Shown: positions 50,873 through 60,611 of the stretch, one piece after another
Position numbering within the stretch: position 1 is the first letter of the stretch
How the letters are laid out: every line of letters begins with the position of its first letter
Assembly (NCBI GenBank): GCA_016218545.1
Contig: JACRDQ010000030.1
Span: 256,172-320,171, forward strand
DNA from: Elusimicrobiota bacterium
GTDB taxonomy: Bacteria; Elusimicrobiota; Elusimicrobia; UBA1565; UBA9628
DNA length: 64,000 bases
Direction of reading: 5' to 3'
Made by a program: the position numbers and the translations under genes
The notes under the pieces: generated by a model
Databases searched by the model: none
Seen by the model: the letters and a program-made list of their open reading frames with translations, nothing else
Told to the model about the DNA's origin: nothing

Positions 50873-53259
50873 ACCGCCGCCTGCTGCTGGCCTGCCTCAT
50901 GCTCGCCTGGGCCGGGACCGCCCGGGCCGAGTGCAGCAGGAAGGCCTACACGGAGATGAAGGACTGCGAGGTCACAGCCGCGGGGAGCCATGTCGTCAAG
51001 AATCCGGACGGCACCCAGACCACGGTGGCGGACTACGACAGCAGCGCGTGCCTGCGACTCGTGGGCGACGTGGCGGACGAGTGCGGCGAGGCCTATGACA
51101 AGGCCCTCGAGGTCCTCAAGACGGCCAAGACCGAGGCTGAGATCAGCGCAAGCGAGGCGAAGCTCAAGGAGATCGCGGACATCGTCAAGGACGTCAAGAC
51201 CATCAAGGGCGTCACTCAGGACCCGAAGAACCCGCTCATGCCCTTGTCCGAGTTGGCCGAGCTGGACACCAGCGTCATCCCGGACGCGGTCAACGCGGCC
51301 AAGGAACGCCTCAAGGCTCCAAGCGTCGGCGGAACCCCTGACCCCAACGCGGTCCCTGGCCCGGCGCTGCCGCCGGTCCAGCAGGTCAGGGACCTCATCG
51401 AGGATGGGGACACCGCGGCCGCCCTGGACAAGCTCGACGGACTCATCGGGCCCGGCACCCAGGACCCGGACCTTTTCTCCATGCGCTCCTGGGGCCTGGC
51501 CAGATCCGGGGACCGCGCGGCCGCGCTCAGGGACGCGGAGGCTGCGCTCCAGCTCGACCCGAAGAACGAGCTCGCGGGCCAAGTCAAGGCTTACCTGGAG
51601 TCAGCGGGGAGCATGGGCAAGTCCAGGGTCGAGCTCAAGGCCCCGGATTTCTCGGGCCTCTCGTCCTCGAAGGGCAAGGACTCCTCGGCATGGCTCCAGG
51701 AGGGAGGGGCCCCTTCCGGAGGAGAGTGGATGTGGGGGAGCGGAGGAGCGGGCGCTCCGCCCAGGCCCGGGGGCGCCGCGGCCCAGGCCGCAGGCGCGGT
51801 CGGGCCGGCCGAGCCGCTGCTCAAGAGTTCCATGGCGAAGTTCCGCGTGGGCGACCTCAACGGAGCCCTCCTCGACGCCACGCGCGCGCTCCAGGCGGAC
51901 AAGTCCGACCTTCGGGCCCGGGCCATCCGGGCCGCCGTGGCCAACCGCCAGAAGAACCACGAGGGCGCGCTCTGGGAGGCGGGGGAGATCCTCAAGACCC
52001 ATCCCAACAACGTCCCGGCCTACCTGGAGAAGTCCCTGGCCGAGTACGGGCTCCTCCAGTACGACGCCGCGCTCGCCGACGTCGCGACCGCGTCCAAGCT
52101 CGACCCTTCCAATGCCCTGGCCAGGGTGTATGAAGGCATGATCCTCGAGAAGACCGGACGGGATGCAGAGGCGTTCGCGGCCTACGAGAGAGCGGCCGGG
52201 CTCGACTCCGGCATGGCCCGCTGCCTTGCGGACGCACGCAGCCGGCTGGAGCCCGGAGAGGCTCCGCAGGGCTTCGACTGGAAGAGACTGGCGCGTTGGG
52301 GCGGGCCCGTCGGCCTGGCCCTGGCTTTCGTCATCACCGGCGCTTGGTGGCGCTCCTCCGGCCCGGGCGCTGCTGCGGCGGGGGCAGGGACCGCGCCCCA
52401 GTCCTTTCCGGCGCGCGCAGCGGAGGGCCTGCGGACCTCAGCGGCCACGGTGGCCCAGGCTCCGGAGGGGGCCCTGCTGGCCGGGACGTACCGCGTGGTG
52501 CGGGAGCTGGGCAGCGGAGGCATGGGCGAGGTCTACGAGGCCGTCGACGAGAAGCTCCAGCGGTCCGTGGCGCTCAAGCGTCTCAAGAGGCAGGCCTATG
52601 CCTCGCCGGAGCTCAGGGACCGCTTTTTGAAGGAGGCGCGGCTCGTGGCCAAGCTGCGCCACCCGCACCTGGCCGAGATCTTCACCGTGGCCGGGGACGA
52701 GGAGCTCTACCTGGTCTTCGAGCTCGTGCAGGGAGAGGCCCTGGACAAGACCCTGTCTCGGCGCGGCCGCCTGGGGCTCGACGAGGCCCAGAGGATCGTG
52801 GGCGAGGTCTGCTCCGCGCTCGAGTACGCGCACGACGAGCATGTCATCCACCGGGACCTCAAGCCCTCCAACATCATGTTCGACGGCGAGGGCCGCGCCA
52901 AGGTCATGGATTTCGGCATCGCGCACGAGGCGCGGGGCTCGGCCGACCTGACGCAGACCGCCGCGTGGGGCACGCCTCCTTACATGGCTCCCGAGCAGGA
53001 GGGGGGCCGCGTGGGCCGCGAGTCGGACCTCTACGCCCTTGCCGTGATGGCCTACGAGATGCTCACCGGCAGCCGTCCCTTCCCCGGCCCCTATTTCCTG
53101 GAGAAGAAGCTCAAGAAGCAATACCCGGCTCCCACCGCGGTCAACGGCACCCTGCCGAGGTCCGTGGACGCGTTCTTCGCCAAGGCCCTTGAACCCGAGC
53201 CGGAGAAGCGCTACCGCACCGCGGCCGAGTTCGCGGCCGCGTTCCGCGGCCTTGCTTGA
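50869..53259 (+). CDS. Cys-rich/TPR extracytoplasmic domain + TM + Hanks-type Ser/Thr protein kinase (paralog 3 of 3)
   Basis: N-terminal paralogous sensor-like domain. TM helix GGPVGLALAFVITGAWW. Kinase subdomains GSGGMGEVY, ALKRL, HRDLKPSNIMF, DFGIA, PPYMAPE. Confidence 0.88.
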   Translation: MNRRLLLACLMLAWAGTARAECSRKAYTEMKDCEVTAAGSHVVKNPDGTQTTVADYDSSACLRLVGDVADECGEAYDKALEVLKTAKTEAEISASEAKLKEIADIVKDVKTIKGVTQDPKNPLMPLSELAELDTSVIPDAVNAAKERLKAPSVGGTPDPNAVPGPALPPVQQVRDLIEDGDTAAALDKLDGLIGPGTQDPDLFSMRSWGLARSGDRAAALRDAEAALQLDPKNELAGQVKAYLESAGSMGKSRVELKAPDFSGLSSSKGKDSSAWLQEGGAPSGGEWMWGSGGAGAPPRPGGAAAQAAGAVGPAEPLLKSSMAKFRVGDLNGALLDATRALQADKSDLRARAIRAAVANRQKNHEGALWEAGEILKTHPNNVPAYLEKSLAEYGLLQYDAALADVATASKLDPSNALARVYEGMILEKTGRDAEAFAAYERAAGLDSGMARCLADARSRLEPGEAPQGFDWKRLARWGGPVGLALAFVITGAWWRSSGPGAAAAGAGTAPQSFPARAAEGLRTSAATVAQAPEGALLAGTYRVVRELGSGGMGEVYEAVDEKLQRSVALKRLKRQAYASPELRDRFLKEARLVAKLRHPHLAEIFTVAGDEELYLVFELVQGEALDKTLSRRGRLGLDEAQRIVGEVCSALEYAHDEHVIHRDLKPSNIMFDGEGRAKVMDFGIAHEARGSADLTQTAAWGTPPYMAPEQEGGRVGRESDLYALAVMAYEMLTGSRPFPGPYFLEKKLKKQYPAPTAVNGTLPRSVDAFFAKALEPEPEKRYRTAAEFAAAFRGLA

Positions 53260-53278
53260 ACCACGACGGAGGATCGCC

Positions 53279-54802
53279 ATGAAAGAGACAGCCGAGAAGA
53301 ACGGGACCGCCGGGGGCAAGGACGAGTACGCCCCTCCCAAAGGGTCGGTCACCTCGCACGCGTGCGTGCTGGCCGGCCGCGACCTCGAGTATGAGGCGCG
53401 CGCCGAGTGGCTGGTGCTCCGCAAGAAGGACAAGCCGCACGCCGAGATGTTCCACATCGCCTATCTGGAGAAGGGCAAGGAGCCCGGGGCCCGGCCCGTC
53501 ACTTTCGTCTTCAACGGGGGGCCGGGCGCCGCGTCCGCCTATCTGCACATGGGAGCCCTGGGCCCCTCCCGGGTCGTGTTCGAGCCCGCGGGCTCGGCGC
53601 CCAAGCCTCCGATGCGGCTCGTGCACAACGACGAGTCCTGGCTCGCCTTCACGGACCTGGTCTTCATCGACCCCATCGGCACGGGCTTCAGCAGGATGAT
53701 CGACGAGGAGGACCTCCCGAAGAAGGGGGGCGCCGAGAAGGACGGCAAGGCAGCGGAGGAGAAGCGCGACGAGAAGGAGTTCTACAAGCTCAACCGGGAC
53801 CTCGAGTCCCTGGGCGAGTTCGTCTCCAAGTTCCTCTCCAAGCACAAGAGATGGGAGTCCCCGGTCTTCGTGGCCGGGGAGAGCTACGGGGGCTTCCGCG
53901 CCGCCTGCATGGCCAAGCGCCTGCAGGAGGGCTTCGGCGTGGGCTTGAACGGGGTGGTCATCATCTCCCCTGCCATGGAGTTCACCCCGCTCAACCCCAG
54001 CGACTACGACCTCCAGGCCTGGATGGACGTCTTCCCCACCATGGCCGCGGCCGCGTCCCTGCACGGCAGGTCCAAGCGGTTCGGGCCGGACCTGGGCGCG
54101 GAGGAGGTCGCGAGGGCCGCGGAGGAGTTCGCCTCCTCGAGGATGTACCGCCTGCTCGCCCATGGAGACGCGCTGGCCGAGGACGAGAGCAAGGCGATCG
54201 TCCGCGAGATGTCCGAGATCATCGGCATCCCCGAGGACTACCTGAGGGACGCCTCCGGCAGGATCGCCCACTGGACGTTCTGCCGCAAGCTCTTGAAGGA
54301 CCGCAACCGGGTCTGCGGGCTCTACGACGCCTCCATCACCGCGGTCAACCCCTTCCCGGACCGCGAATGGGAGTTCGGCCCCGATCCGACCCTCTCCGGC
54401 ATCGAGAGGGTCTTCGCCGCCGGGATCAACACGCACCTGAGGAAGAACCTGGCGCTCGACTCGGAGCGCGACTACCATCTGCTCAGCGAGGAGGTCAGCA
54501 AGTCCTGGCAGGACGACCGCCAGCAGCACTTCTTCATGAGGCAGATCGGCGCGACCGACGAGCTCCGCTACGGCATGGCCCTCAACCCCCACATGAGGGT
54601 CTTCATCACGCACGGCTTCTACGACCTCGTGACCCCGTGCTGCTCCTCGAGCAGGCTGGTCCGCCAGATGCGGCTCGACGAGTCCCTGAGGGAGAACCTG
54701 ACCTTGAGGCACTTCAGGGGCGGCCACATGTTCTACACCTGGGAGGAGTCTCGCAAGGCCTTCAGGGCCGCCATGGCCGCCTTCTACGCTTCCGCGGTCT
54801 AG
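53279..54802 (+). CDS. Peptidase S10 (serine carboxypeptidase) family protein
   Basis: GGAGGA RBS. FNGGPGAAS and GESYGG (S10 catalytic serine) motifs. C-terminal His region. Confidence 0.8.
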   Translation: MKETAEKNGTAGGKDEYAPPKGSVTSHACVLAGRDLEYEARAEWLVLRKKDKPHAEMFHIAYLEKGKEPGARPVTFVFNGGPGAASAYLHMGALGPSRVVFEPAGSAPKPPMRLVHNDESWLAFTDLVFIDPIGTGFSRMIDEEDLPKKGGAEKDGKAAEEKRDEKEFYKLNRDLESLGEFVSKFLSKHKRWESPVFVAGESYGGFRAACMAKRLQEGFGVGLNGVVIISPAMEFTPLNPSDYDLQAWMDVFPTMAAAASLHGRSKRFGPDLGAEEVARAAEEFASSRMYRLLAHGDALAEDESKAIVREMSEIIGIPEDYLRDASGRIAHWTFCRKLLKDRNRVCGLYDASITAVNPFPDREWEFGPDPTLSGIERVFAAGINTHLRKNLALDSERDYHLLSEEVSKSWQDDRQQHFFMRQIGATDELRYGMALNPHMRVFITHGFYDLVTPCCSSSRLVRQMRLDESLRENLTLRHFRGGHMFYTWEESRKAFRAAMAAFYASAV

Positions 54803-54826
54803 CCTGTGGTAGAATAGAGTTCGGAC

Positions 54827-56104
54827 ATGCGCGCGCTCCTGCTCTGCCTTGCCGGCTTCCTGGCCGGACCTGCCCTGGCCGCCGAGTGGCCGCCCGAGGT
54901 CCCGGAGTGGGCCAGGCTGCGCGTGACGGCGCCCAAGGCCGCGGGCTCCGAGTGTCCGCCCGGCTCGCCGCGCCGCAGGCCGGTCCGGACCCTGTCCGAG
55001 GAGCCCTCCTTCGAGGTCAAGGAGCTCAAGCCCTGGGCCGAGGTGCCCCTGCCCCAAGACGACCTGGCCGCGTCCTCGGCGGTGGAGGCGGCGGAGAAGA
55101 CCCGCGCCTACTGGGCCGCCAGGCCCGGAGACGAGAAGGTCGCAGTGGGAGGCCTGACCTACACCGCGGCGCACATGGTCCGGAGCTTCTCTGCCCTGGC
55201 CGCGCTGCTCTCCCAGGGCCTGCCGGCCAAGGAGCTCAAGGCGCGGCTCGAGCGGGACTTCGACGTGTACCAGGCGGTCAAACCCGACGGCGGCCTCTCA
55301 GGCACCATGACCGCGTACTACGACCCGGAGATCCCCGTCTCAGGCGTGGGCCAGGCCGGCGTGCCCATCCACGCCAGGCCCGCGGACCTCGTCCGGGTGG
55401 ACCCTGCCTCGGGCCTGTCCTTCGACTGGGGCAGGCCCGACGGTCACGGCGGGCTCGCGCCTCACGCCTCGCGCAGGGAGGTCGACGCGGGCGCGCTCGC
55501 GGGCCAGGGGCTGGAGCTCTACTCCACGAGGCACCCGACCGACCTCCTCAACCTCCAGACCGAGGGCTCGGGCTGGGGCGTGCTCCCGGGCGGCCGCAGG
55601 GTCCGCCTGGCCTTCAACGGCGCCAACGGCCACGTGTTCAAGTCCGTGGGCAAGACCCTCATCGACTGCGGCCTCCTCCCGGCCGGCACCGGCTCCTTCG
55701 CCATCCTCGACTATCTCAAGTCCCAGACCCTCGAGCGGGAGCTGGAGCTCGTGGGCTTCAACCCGCGCTACGTCTACTTCAAGGAGGTCGCCTCGACCGG
55801 CGGGCCATGGGGCGCCACCGGAGTCGAGCTCGTGGCCGGCCGCTCCGTGGCCTCGGACCCCAAGCAGGTGCGCCTCGGCCTGGCCGGCATCCTCGTGTCC
55901 CGCAAGCCGGTCGCGGCCGAGGACGGGACCTTCCAGGGCTTCTCGGACTTCACGCGCTTCGTCTTCACCCACGACGTGGGCTCCGCCATCCGGGGCCCGG
56001 TCCGGCTCGACGTGTTCTGGGGCCGCGGGGCCAAGGCCGAGTCCGAGGCGCACCGCATGCTGTTCCCGGGCAAGCTCACCATCATCGTCCTCAAGCAGCG
56101 CTAG
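54827..56104 (+). CDS. mltA: Membrane-bound lytic murein transglycosylase A
   Basis: Signal peptide. MltA domain plus C-terminal 3D domain (DTGSAIRGPVRLDVFWG). Confidence 0.85.
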   Translation: MRALLLCLAGFLAGPALAAEWPPEVPEWARLRVTAPKAAGSECPPGSPRRRPVRTLSEEPSFEVKELKPWAEVPLPQDDLAASSAVEAAEKTRAYWAARPGDEKVAVGGLTYTAAHMVRSFSALAALLSQGLPAKELKARLERDFDVYQAVKPDGGLSGTMTAYYDPEIPVSGVGQAGVPIHARPADLVRVDPASGLSFDWGRPDGHGGLAPHASRREVDAGALAGQGLELYSTRHPTDLLNLQTEGSGWGVLPGGRRVRLAFNGANGHVFKSVGKTLIDCGLLPAGTGSFAILDYLKSQTLERELELVGFNPRYVYFKEVASTGGPWGATGVELVAGRSVASDPKQVRLGLAGILVSRKPVAAEDGTFQGFSDFTRFVFTHDVGSAIRGPVRLDVFWGRGAKAESEAHRMLFPGKLTIIVLKQR

Positions 56105-56266
56105 CCTGGAATCCCCAGTTGGACGCGGGATTCGACGAAGGCTGCCGGGACATTTCTATGCAAAATCTCGCGACCGTAGCTACGGCTACGCTCGCGAGAT
56201 TTTGCGTCGACCTGTCCTCGGCATCCTTCGTCTCGGTCCACGCGCCAACTGGGGATTCCAGGCTAG
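56101..56266. repeat. Imperfect palindrome of about 166 bp (nested inverted repeats) between convergent genes
   Basis: Outer arms ctagcctggaatccccagttggacgcg / cgcgccaactggggattccaggctag (one mismatch). Inner arms gacgaaggctgccgggaca / tgtcctcggcatccttcgtc. Core gcaaaatctcgcga-N18-tcgcgagattttgc, whose loop holds the palindrome gtagctac. Confidence 0.85.
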
Positions 56267-56307
56267 CCGAGGAGCGGCTCTTCACAAGAAGAGTCTGTGG
56301 ATAACTC

Positions 56308-56955
56308 CTAGGGCTGCTGCGGAGCGGGCACGGGCGCGGAGACCTTGCGCAGGATCTCGTCGGCCTCGCGGTGGCTGTCGCGGATGTCGCGCTCGACGTC
56401 CGCGGAGTACCGGGAGATGTCCCAGGCCTCCATGGAGAAGCCCGCGCGGCGGATGTCCCACTCGGCCCAGCGGGCCTCGCTGGCCAGCCAGCCGATCTCG
56501 CTCTCGGTCCAGGTGAAGGAGTCCGTGAAGCGGCGGGCCGATTGGATCTGCCCCGGATCGGGGCGGGCCTGCATGGCGAGGCGTTCTGCGTCCATGCGCA
56601 CGCGCTGGACCGCCCACTGCAGGTCCCGGAGGGCCCACACCGCGCGGTTGAGGTCGTTGCGGAAGAAGGGGTCGTTGTTCGGCTGGCCCGGCTGGATGCG
56701 CTGGGCGCGGCGGCGCAGGTCCTGCAGGTCGGACTTCAGGCGCTGGGCCGTCCACTGGAAGCCGCGCACGTCGGAGGCGAGGCGGTCGAGGTCATAGGCG
56801 GCCTGGAGGTTCTTCGCCTCGATGCGTTCGGCCTTGGCGGCGAGGATGTTCGCGCGCAGTCCGGTCAAGGCGGCCTCGAAGCCCGGCAGGGCCGGGACCA
56901 CGGCGGCATGGGCCGAGCAGGTCAGGGATACGAGCAGGGTAGCGACGAGCATCAT
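56308..56955 (-). CDS. Hypothetical secreted protein (Trp/Arg-rich repeats)
   Basis: Signal peptide MMLVATLLVSLTCSAHA. Start overlaps the upstream kinase stop (ATGA). Only the 3' part of the track ORF. Confidence 0.55.
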   Translation of the reverse strand: MMLVATLLVSLTCSAHAAVVPALPGFEAALTGLRANILAAKAERIEAKNLQAAYDLDRLASDVRGFQWTAQRLKSDLQDLRRRAQRIQPGQPNNDPFFRNDLNRAVWALRDLQWAVQRVRMDAERLAMQARPDPGQIQSARRFTDSFTWTESEIGWLASEARWAEWDIRRAGFSMEAWDISRYSADVERDIRDSHREADEILRKVSAPVPAPQQP

Positions 56956-58145
56956 GGACGTCCTCCTTGGGGTAGGGCCGAGGGGCCCTCGGGGTCGGGC
57001 TGACGCGGAGCGGCCGGGACGGCCGCCGCCAGAGGGATCGTGAAGGAGAAGGTAGCACCCGCCCCGGGATGGGACTCCGCCCAGATGCGGCCGCCGTGCA
57101 GCTCGACGAGCGAGCGGCAGATGTTGAGGCCCAAGCCGAGGCCCTTGTTCTGCTGCCGGTCGGCGTCCTCCTGATAGAAGCGGTCGAAGACGTGCGGCAG
57201 GCCCTCGGGAGAGATGCCCTTTCCCGTGTCGCGCACCTGGAAGCGCGCGAAGGCGCCCTCGCGGCACAGCGAGATGGTCACCGAGCCGCCTTCGGGGGTG
57301 AACTTCATGGCGTTGCCCACGAGGTTGGCGAGGATCTGGTGGAGGCGGCCGTCGTCGGCCCGCACGGTCAGGCCTTCCCCGGCCCGGGCGTCGAGCTGCA
57401 GCTCGATGCCGCGGCGGCCGGCCTCGAGCTTGGAGTTCTCGAAGGCGTCGCGGACCGCGCGGGCCGCGGAGAGCTCGCCGCGGTCGAGCTCGACCTTGTG
57501 CTGCGCCAGCCGGGTGGACTCGAGGAGCTCCTCGAGGAGCACGGAGAGCCGCTCCGCGTTCCTGTTGATGGACTCGAGGTTGCGGCGGAGCTCCGCGGGG
57601 TTCTGGTCCTCGGCCTTCTGCCTCAGGAGGAAGGTGCTGTAGCCGTAGACCACGGTGAGGGGGTTCTTGAGCTCGTGCGAGGCGTCCTGGATGAGCTGGG
57701 TCTTGGCCTCGAGCTGGCGCTGGACCTTCTCGAGCATGGAGGTCTTCTGCAGCAGGGCCTTGTTGAGGCGGAAGTGCTCCATGCCGCGGCGGACGGCGGC
57801 GAGCATGGCCTCGGTGTGCACGGGTTTGTTGATGTAGTCGTAGACGCCCTCGCGCAGGGCCTCCATCGCGGAGTCCACCGAGCCGTGGGCCGTGACGATG
57901 AGGCCCACGGTCGTGGGGTCGGCCTTGCGCGCGGCCGCGAGCACGTCGAGGCCCGACATGTCCGGGAGGCGCAGGTCCGCGAGGACCATGCACAGGCGCG
58001 ATTGGGCGATGAGGCGGCAGGCCGCGGTCCCCGTCGAGGCGGAGAGGAGCTCGCAGCCTAGGGGCTTCAAGGCGGCGCGGAGGTACTTGAGGAACTCCTC
58101 ATCGTCGTCGACGATGAGCAGGGTCTCGGCTGAGTCGGCGTTCAT
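56952..58145 (-). CDS. Hybrid two-component protein: N-terminal receiver + HisKA + HATPase_c histidine kinase
   Basis: REC (LLIVDDDEEF, VLADLRLPDMSG, LIVTAHG). H-box HELKNPLTV. N/G boxes NLVGNAMKFT, VRDTGKGIS, GLGLGLNICRSL. Confidence 0.85.
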   Translation of the reverse strand: MNADSAETLLIVDDDEEFLKYLRAALKPLGCELLSASTGTAACRLIAQSRLCMVLADLRLPDMSGLDVLAAARKADPTTVGLIVTAHGSVDSAMEALREGVYDYINKPVHTEAMLAAVRRGMEHFRLNKALLQKTSMLEKVQRQLEAKTQLIQDASHELKNPLTVVYGYSTFLLRQKAEDQNPAELRRNLESINRNAERLSVLLEELLESTRLAQHKVELDRGELSAARAVRDAFENSKLEAGRRGIELQLDARAGEGLTVRADDGRLHQILANLVGNAMKFTPEGGSVTISLCREGAFARFQVRDTGKGISPEGLPHVFDRFYQEDADRQQNKGLGLGLNICRSLVELHGGRIWAESHPGAGATFSFTIPLAAAVPAAPRQPDPEGPSALPQGGRP

Positions 58146-58293
58146 CTTCAGCAGTAGTGTGGGTCCCCTGACCCTCCCGCGACAGGGCCCATGGGCCCAG
58201 GAGCGGGTGGGACTTTGGTCCCAGGACCCCATCTTACCATATCCCGGGGCCGATGTTGTATAATCATCCGCCGCCTCGTCCCGGCGGCGGACG

Positions 58294-59331
58294 TCAGGCC
58301 GCGGGCGGGCGGAGGCCGTCGAGGACCGTCCGGAGCGCGGTGAAGGCGTCGTCGACGGAGACGCTCCGGCAGGAGTCCCAGGCCGCCGCGACCAGGCCCG
58401 TGTGCGCCGGCCCTCGCGGCCTCCAGACCTTGTCGGCGTAGCCGGAGTAGAACCCGAAGGTCGGGGTCCCGACGGCGGCGGCCAGGTGCATCGTCCCGGT
58501 GCAGTTGACGACGGCCAGGTCGAATCTGGCCAGCACGGCGGCCGTCACGCCGATGGGGCCGGGGGCGACGAGAGGGACGGCGGCGCCGGTCAGGGCGAGG
58601 ATCTCCCGGACCCGGGCCTCCTCGCCGGGGCCGGCGAGGAAGACGGGACGGACGTCAGGTTCTTTGAGCAGGCGACGGGTCAGGGCCGCGAACTTCTCCT
58701 CCGGCCAGCGGTGGTCGTATTTCTTGAAGTTGCCCGGATGGATGAGGACGTTGCGCTTGTCGGGCAGGACGCCGGCTTCCATCAGCAGCCAGCCGGCGGC
58801 CTTCTCGTGCTCGGGGCGCAGGACCAGCTCGGTCCGATCCTCGAAGACGCCGCCGAACGCCGAAGCGAGGCGGCGGTAGCGGTCGAGCATGTGCTCGGAC
58901 TCCCCGGCCGGGGCGACCTGCCGGGTGAAGGCGGCGTCGAGCCTTCCCTTGCGCAAGGAGAGCTTCTCGGTCGCCCGGGCGAGGAAGGCCAGGGCCGCCG
59001 AGGTCCTGGAGAAGGACGGGTTGAGGTCGATGAGCAGGTCCCAGCGCCGGCCCAGCAGGGAGGCGGCCAGCCGGGCCGTGGCGAGGGGACGGGCGAGGCC
59101 GCCGTGGACCGCGACCTCGTCGACGAAGGGGATGAGACGGGCTGTGTCGGCGCAGCGTTCGCCGACGACGAGCAGGATGCGGGCGCCCGGATGGGCCCGC
59201 CGGAGGGAGCGCAGGACGGGAGTCGAGATGATGAGGTCTCCCACCCTGCCGAGCCAGAGGGCCGCGGCGCTCCGGACTTGCGCCGAGGGCGCAGGGGCCG
59301 AGGCCCCCGAAGACGCGCCGATTCCGTGCAT
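58294..59331 (-). CDS. Glycosyltransferase family 9 (LPS heptosyltransferase-like)
   Basis: GT9 features: G(D/N)LIISTP, HPGNFKKYDHRWPEEKF, GTMHLAAAVGTP. Start at MHGIG. Confidence 0.78.
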   Translation of the reverse strand: MHGIGASSGASAPAPSAQVRSAAALWLGRVGDLIISTPVLRSLRRAHPGARILLVVGERCADTARLIPFVDEVAVHGGLARPLATARLAASLLGRRWDLLIDLNPSFSRTSAALAFLARATEKLSLRKGRLDAAFTRQVAPAGESEHMLDRYRRLASAFGGVFEDRTELVLRPEHEKAAGWLLMEAGVLPDKRNVLIHPGNFKKYDHRWPEEKFAALTRRLLKEPDVRPVFLAGPGEEARVREILALTGAAVPLVAPGPIGVTAAVLARFDLAVVNCTGTMHLAAAVGTPTFGFYSGYADKVWRPRGPAHTGLVAAAWDSCRSVSVDDAFTALRTVLDGLRPPAA

Positions 59332-59347
59332 GGGGTGATTGTAACAA

Positions 59348-59911
59348 ATGATAACGACAGCTGAATTGAAGCCGGGGGTGGTCATCGAGGATGCGGGAGA
59401 GTGGCTGGAGGTCCTCCACGCGCAGCACCACCGCAAGTCCCAGGCCGCGGCCGTCTATCGCGCCACCCTGCGGAACCTCAACACCGGGGGCGTGGTGGAG
59501 CGGTCCTATTCCTCGGGCACCAAGTTCAAGGAGATCCCGGTCAACCGCCGGGAGAAGTCCTACATCTACGACGAGGGCGAGAACGGCGTGTTCATGGACC
59601 TCGAGACCTACGAGCAGGTGTCTTTCCCCAAGAAGAAGCTGGGAGAGCAGGCGCGCTTCCTCAAGGAGAACCTGCAGGTCCTGGGGGTCTACATCAACAA
59701 CGTGCTCGCCGCCATCGAGCTTCCGGCCAACGTGGTGCTCGTCGTGACCTCCACGGTCCCGGGCGTCAAGGGAGACTCGGTCTCGAACATGGTCAAGCCC
59801 GCGACCCTCGACACGGGCCTGGAGATCAACGTCCCGCTCTTCATCAAGGAGGGGGACAAGATCAGGGTGGACACCCGGACCTGCCAGTACGTCGAGAGGG
59901 TCAGAGAATAA
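59348..59911 (+). CDS. efp: Translation elongation factor P
   Basis: 187 aa, colinear with EF-P (KOW-like N-domain plus two OB domains). Loop HRKSQAA aligns with E. coli KPGKGQA (Lys-type tip). Confidence 0.9.
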   Translation: MITTAELKPGVVIEDAGEWLEVLHAQHHRKSQAAAVYRATLRNLNTGGVVERSYSSGTKFKEIPVNRREKSYIYDEGENGVFMDLETYEQVSFPKKKLGEQARFLKENLQVLGVYINNVLAAIELPANVVLVVTSTVPGVKGDSVSNMVKPATLDTGLEINVPLFIKEGDKIRVDTRTCQYVERVRE

Positions 59912-59915
59912 GGCC

Positions 59916-60611
59916 GTGATCAAGGCCGTCATCTTCGACGTCGACAACACGCTCACCGACTTCATGAAGACGAAGCGGGCGGCCGTGGATTCGGCCGTGG
60001 ACGCCATGATCGGCGCGGGCCTGCGGGTCGAGAAGGCCTCCATGGTCGAGAAGGTCTTCGAGATCTACTGGAAGGACGGGGTCGAGGACCAGCGCATCCT
60101 CGACAAGGTCCTCCTCAAGGAGCTCGGCCGCATCGACTACAAGATCCTCGCGGCCGGCATCCTCGGCTACCGCCGCGCCAAGTCGGGCTCCATGACCCTC
60201 TACCCCAAAGTCGAGATGACCTTGATCGAGCTCACGCGCATGGGCGTCCGGATGGGGGCCCTCTCGGACGCTCCGAGGCTGGAGGCCTGGCTGAGGGTGG
60301 TGGGCCTCGGCCTGCACCATTTCTTCGAGCACGTGGTGACCGCCGAGGACGCGGGCGCGCGCAAGCCCGCGCCCGAGCCCTTCCGCAAGGCCCTCGAGCT
60401 CCTGGGCTCCAAGCCCTCCGAGACCCTCATGGTCGGAGACTGGGCGGAGCGCGACGTGGCCGGGGCCAAGAGGCTGGGCATCCGCACCGCCTGGGCCAAG
60501 TACGGGGACACCCACGACACCCAGGACTCGGGGGCCGAGTTCGTGCTCCAGGACATCCACGGGCTCGTGGACATCATCCGCAGGGAGAACGGCGCCCGCG
60601 CCAAGGTATGA
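59916..60611 (+). CDS. HAD-superfamily hydrolase
   Basis: Motif I VIFDVDNTLTD. Motif III K...GDWAERDV. GTG start. Confidence 0.78.
   Translation: MIKAVIFDVDNTLTDFMKTKRAAVDSAVDAMIGAGLRVEKASMVEKVFEIYWKDGVEDQRILDKVLLKELGRIDYKILAAGILGYRRAKSGSMTLYPKVEMTLIELTRMGVRMGALSDAPRLEAWLRVVGLGLHHFFEHVVTAEDAGARKPAPEPFRKALELLGSKPSETLMVGDWAERDVAGAKRLGIRTAWAKYGDTHDTQDSGAEFVLQDIHGLVDIIRRENGARAKV

Noticed and set aside
58294-59911. GT gene divergent from efp as an EarP-type EF-P arginine rhamnosyltransferase
   Set aside because: The EF-P loop carries Lys (HRKSQAA aligns with KPGKGQA), not the Arg32 of EarP-type EF-P. The neighbour has GT9 heptosyltransferase motifs rather than the EarP/DUF2331 family.
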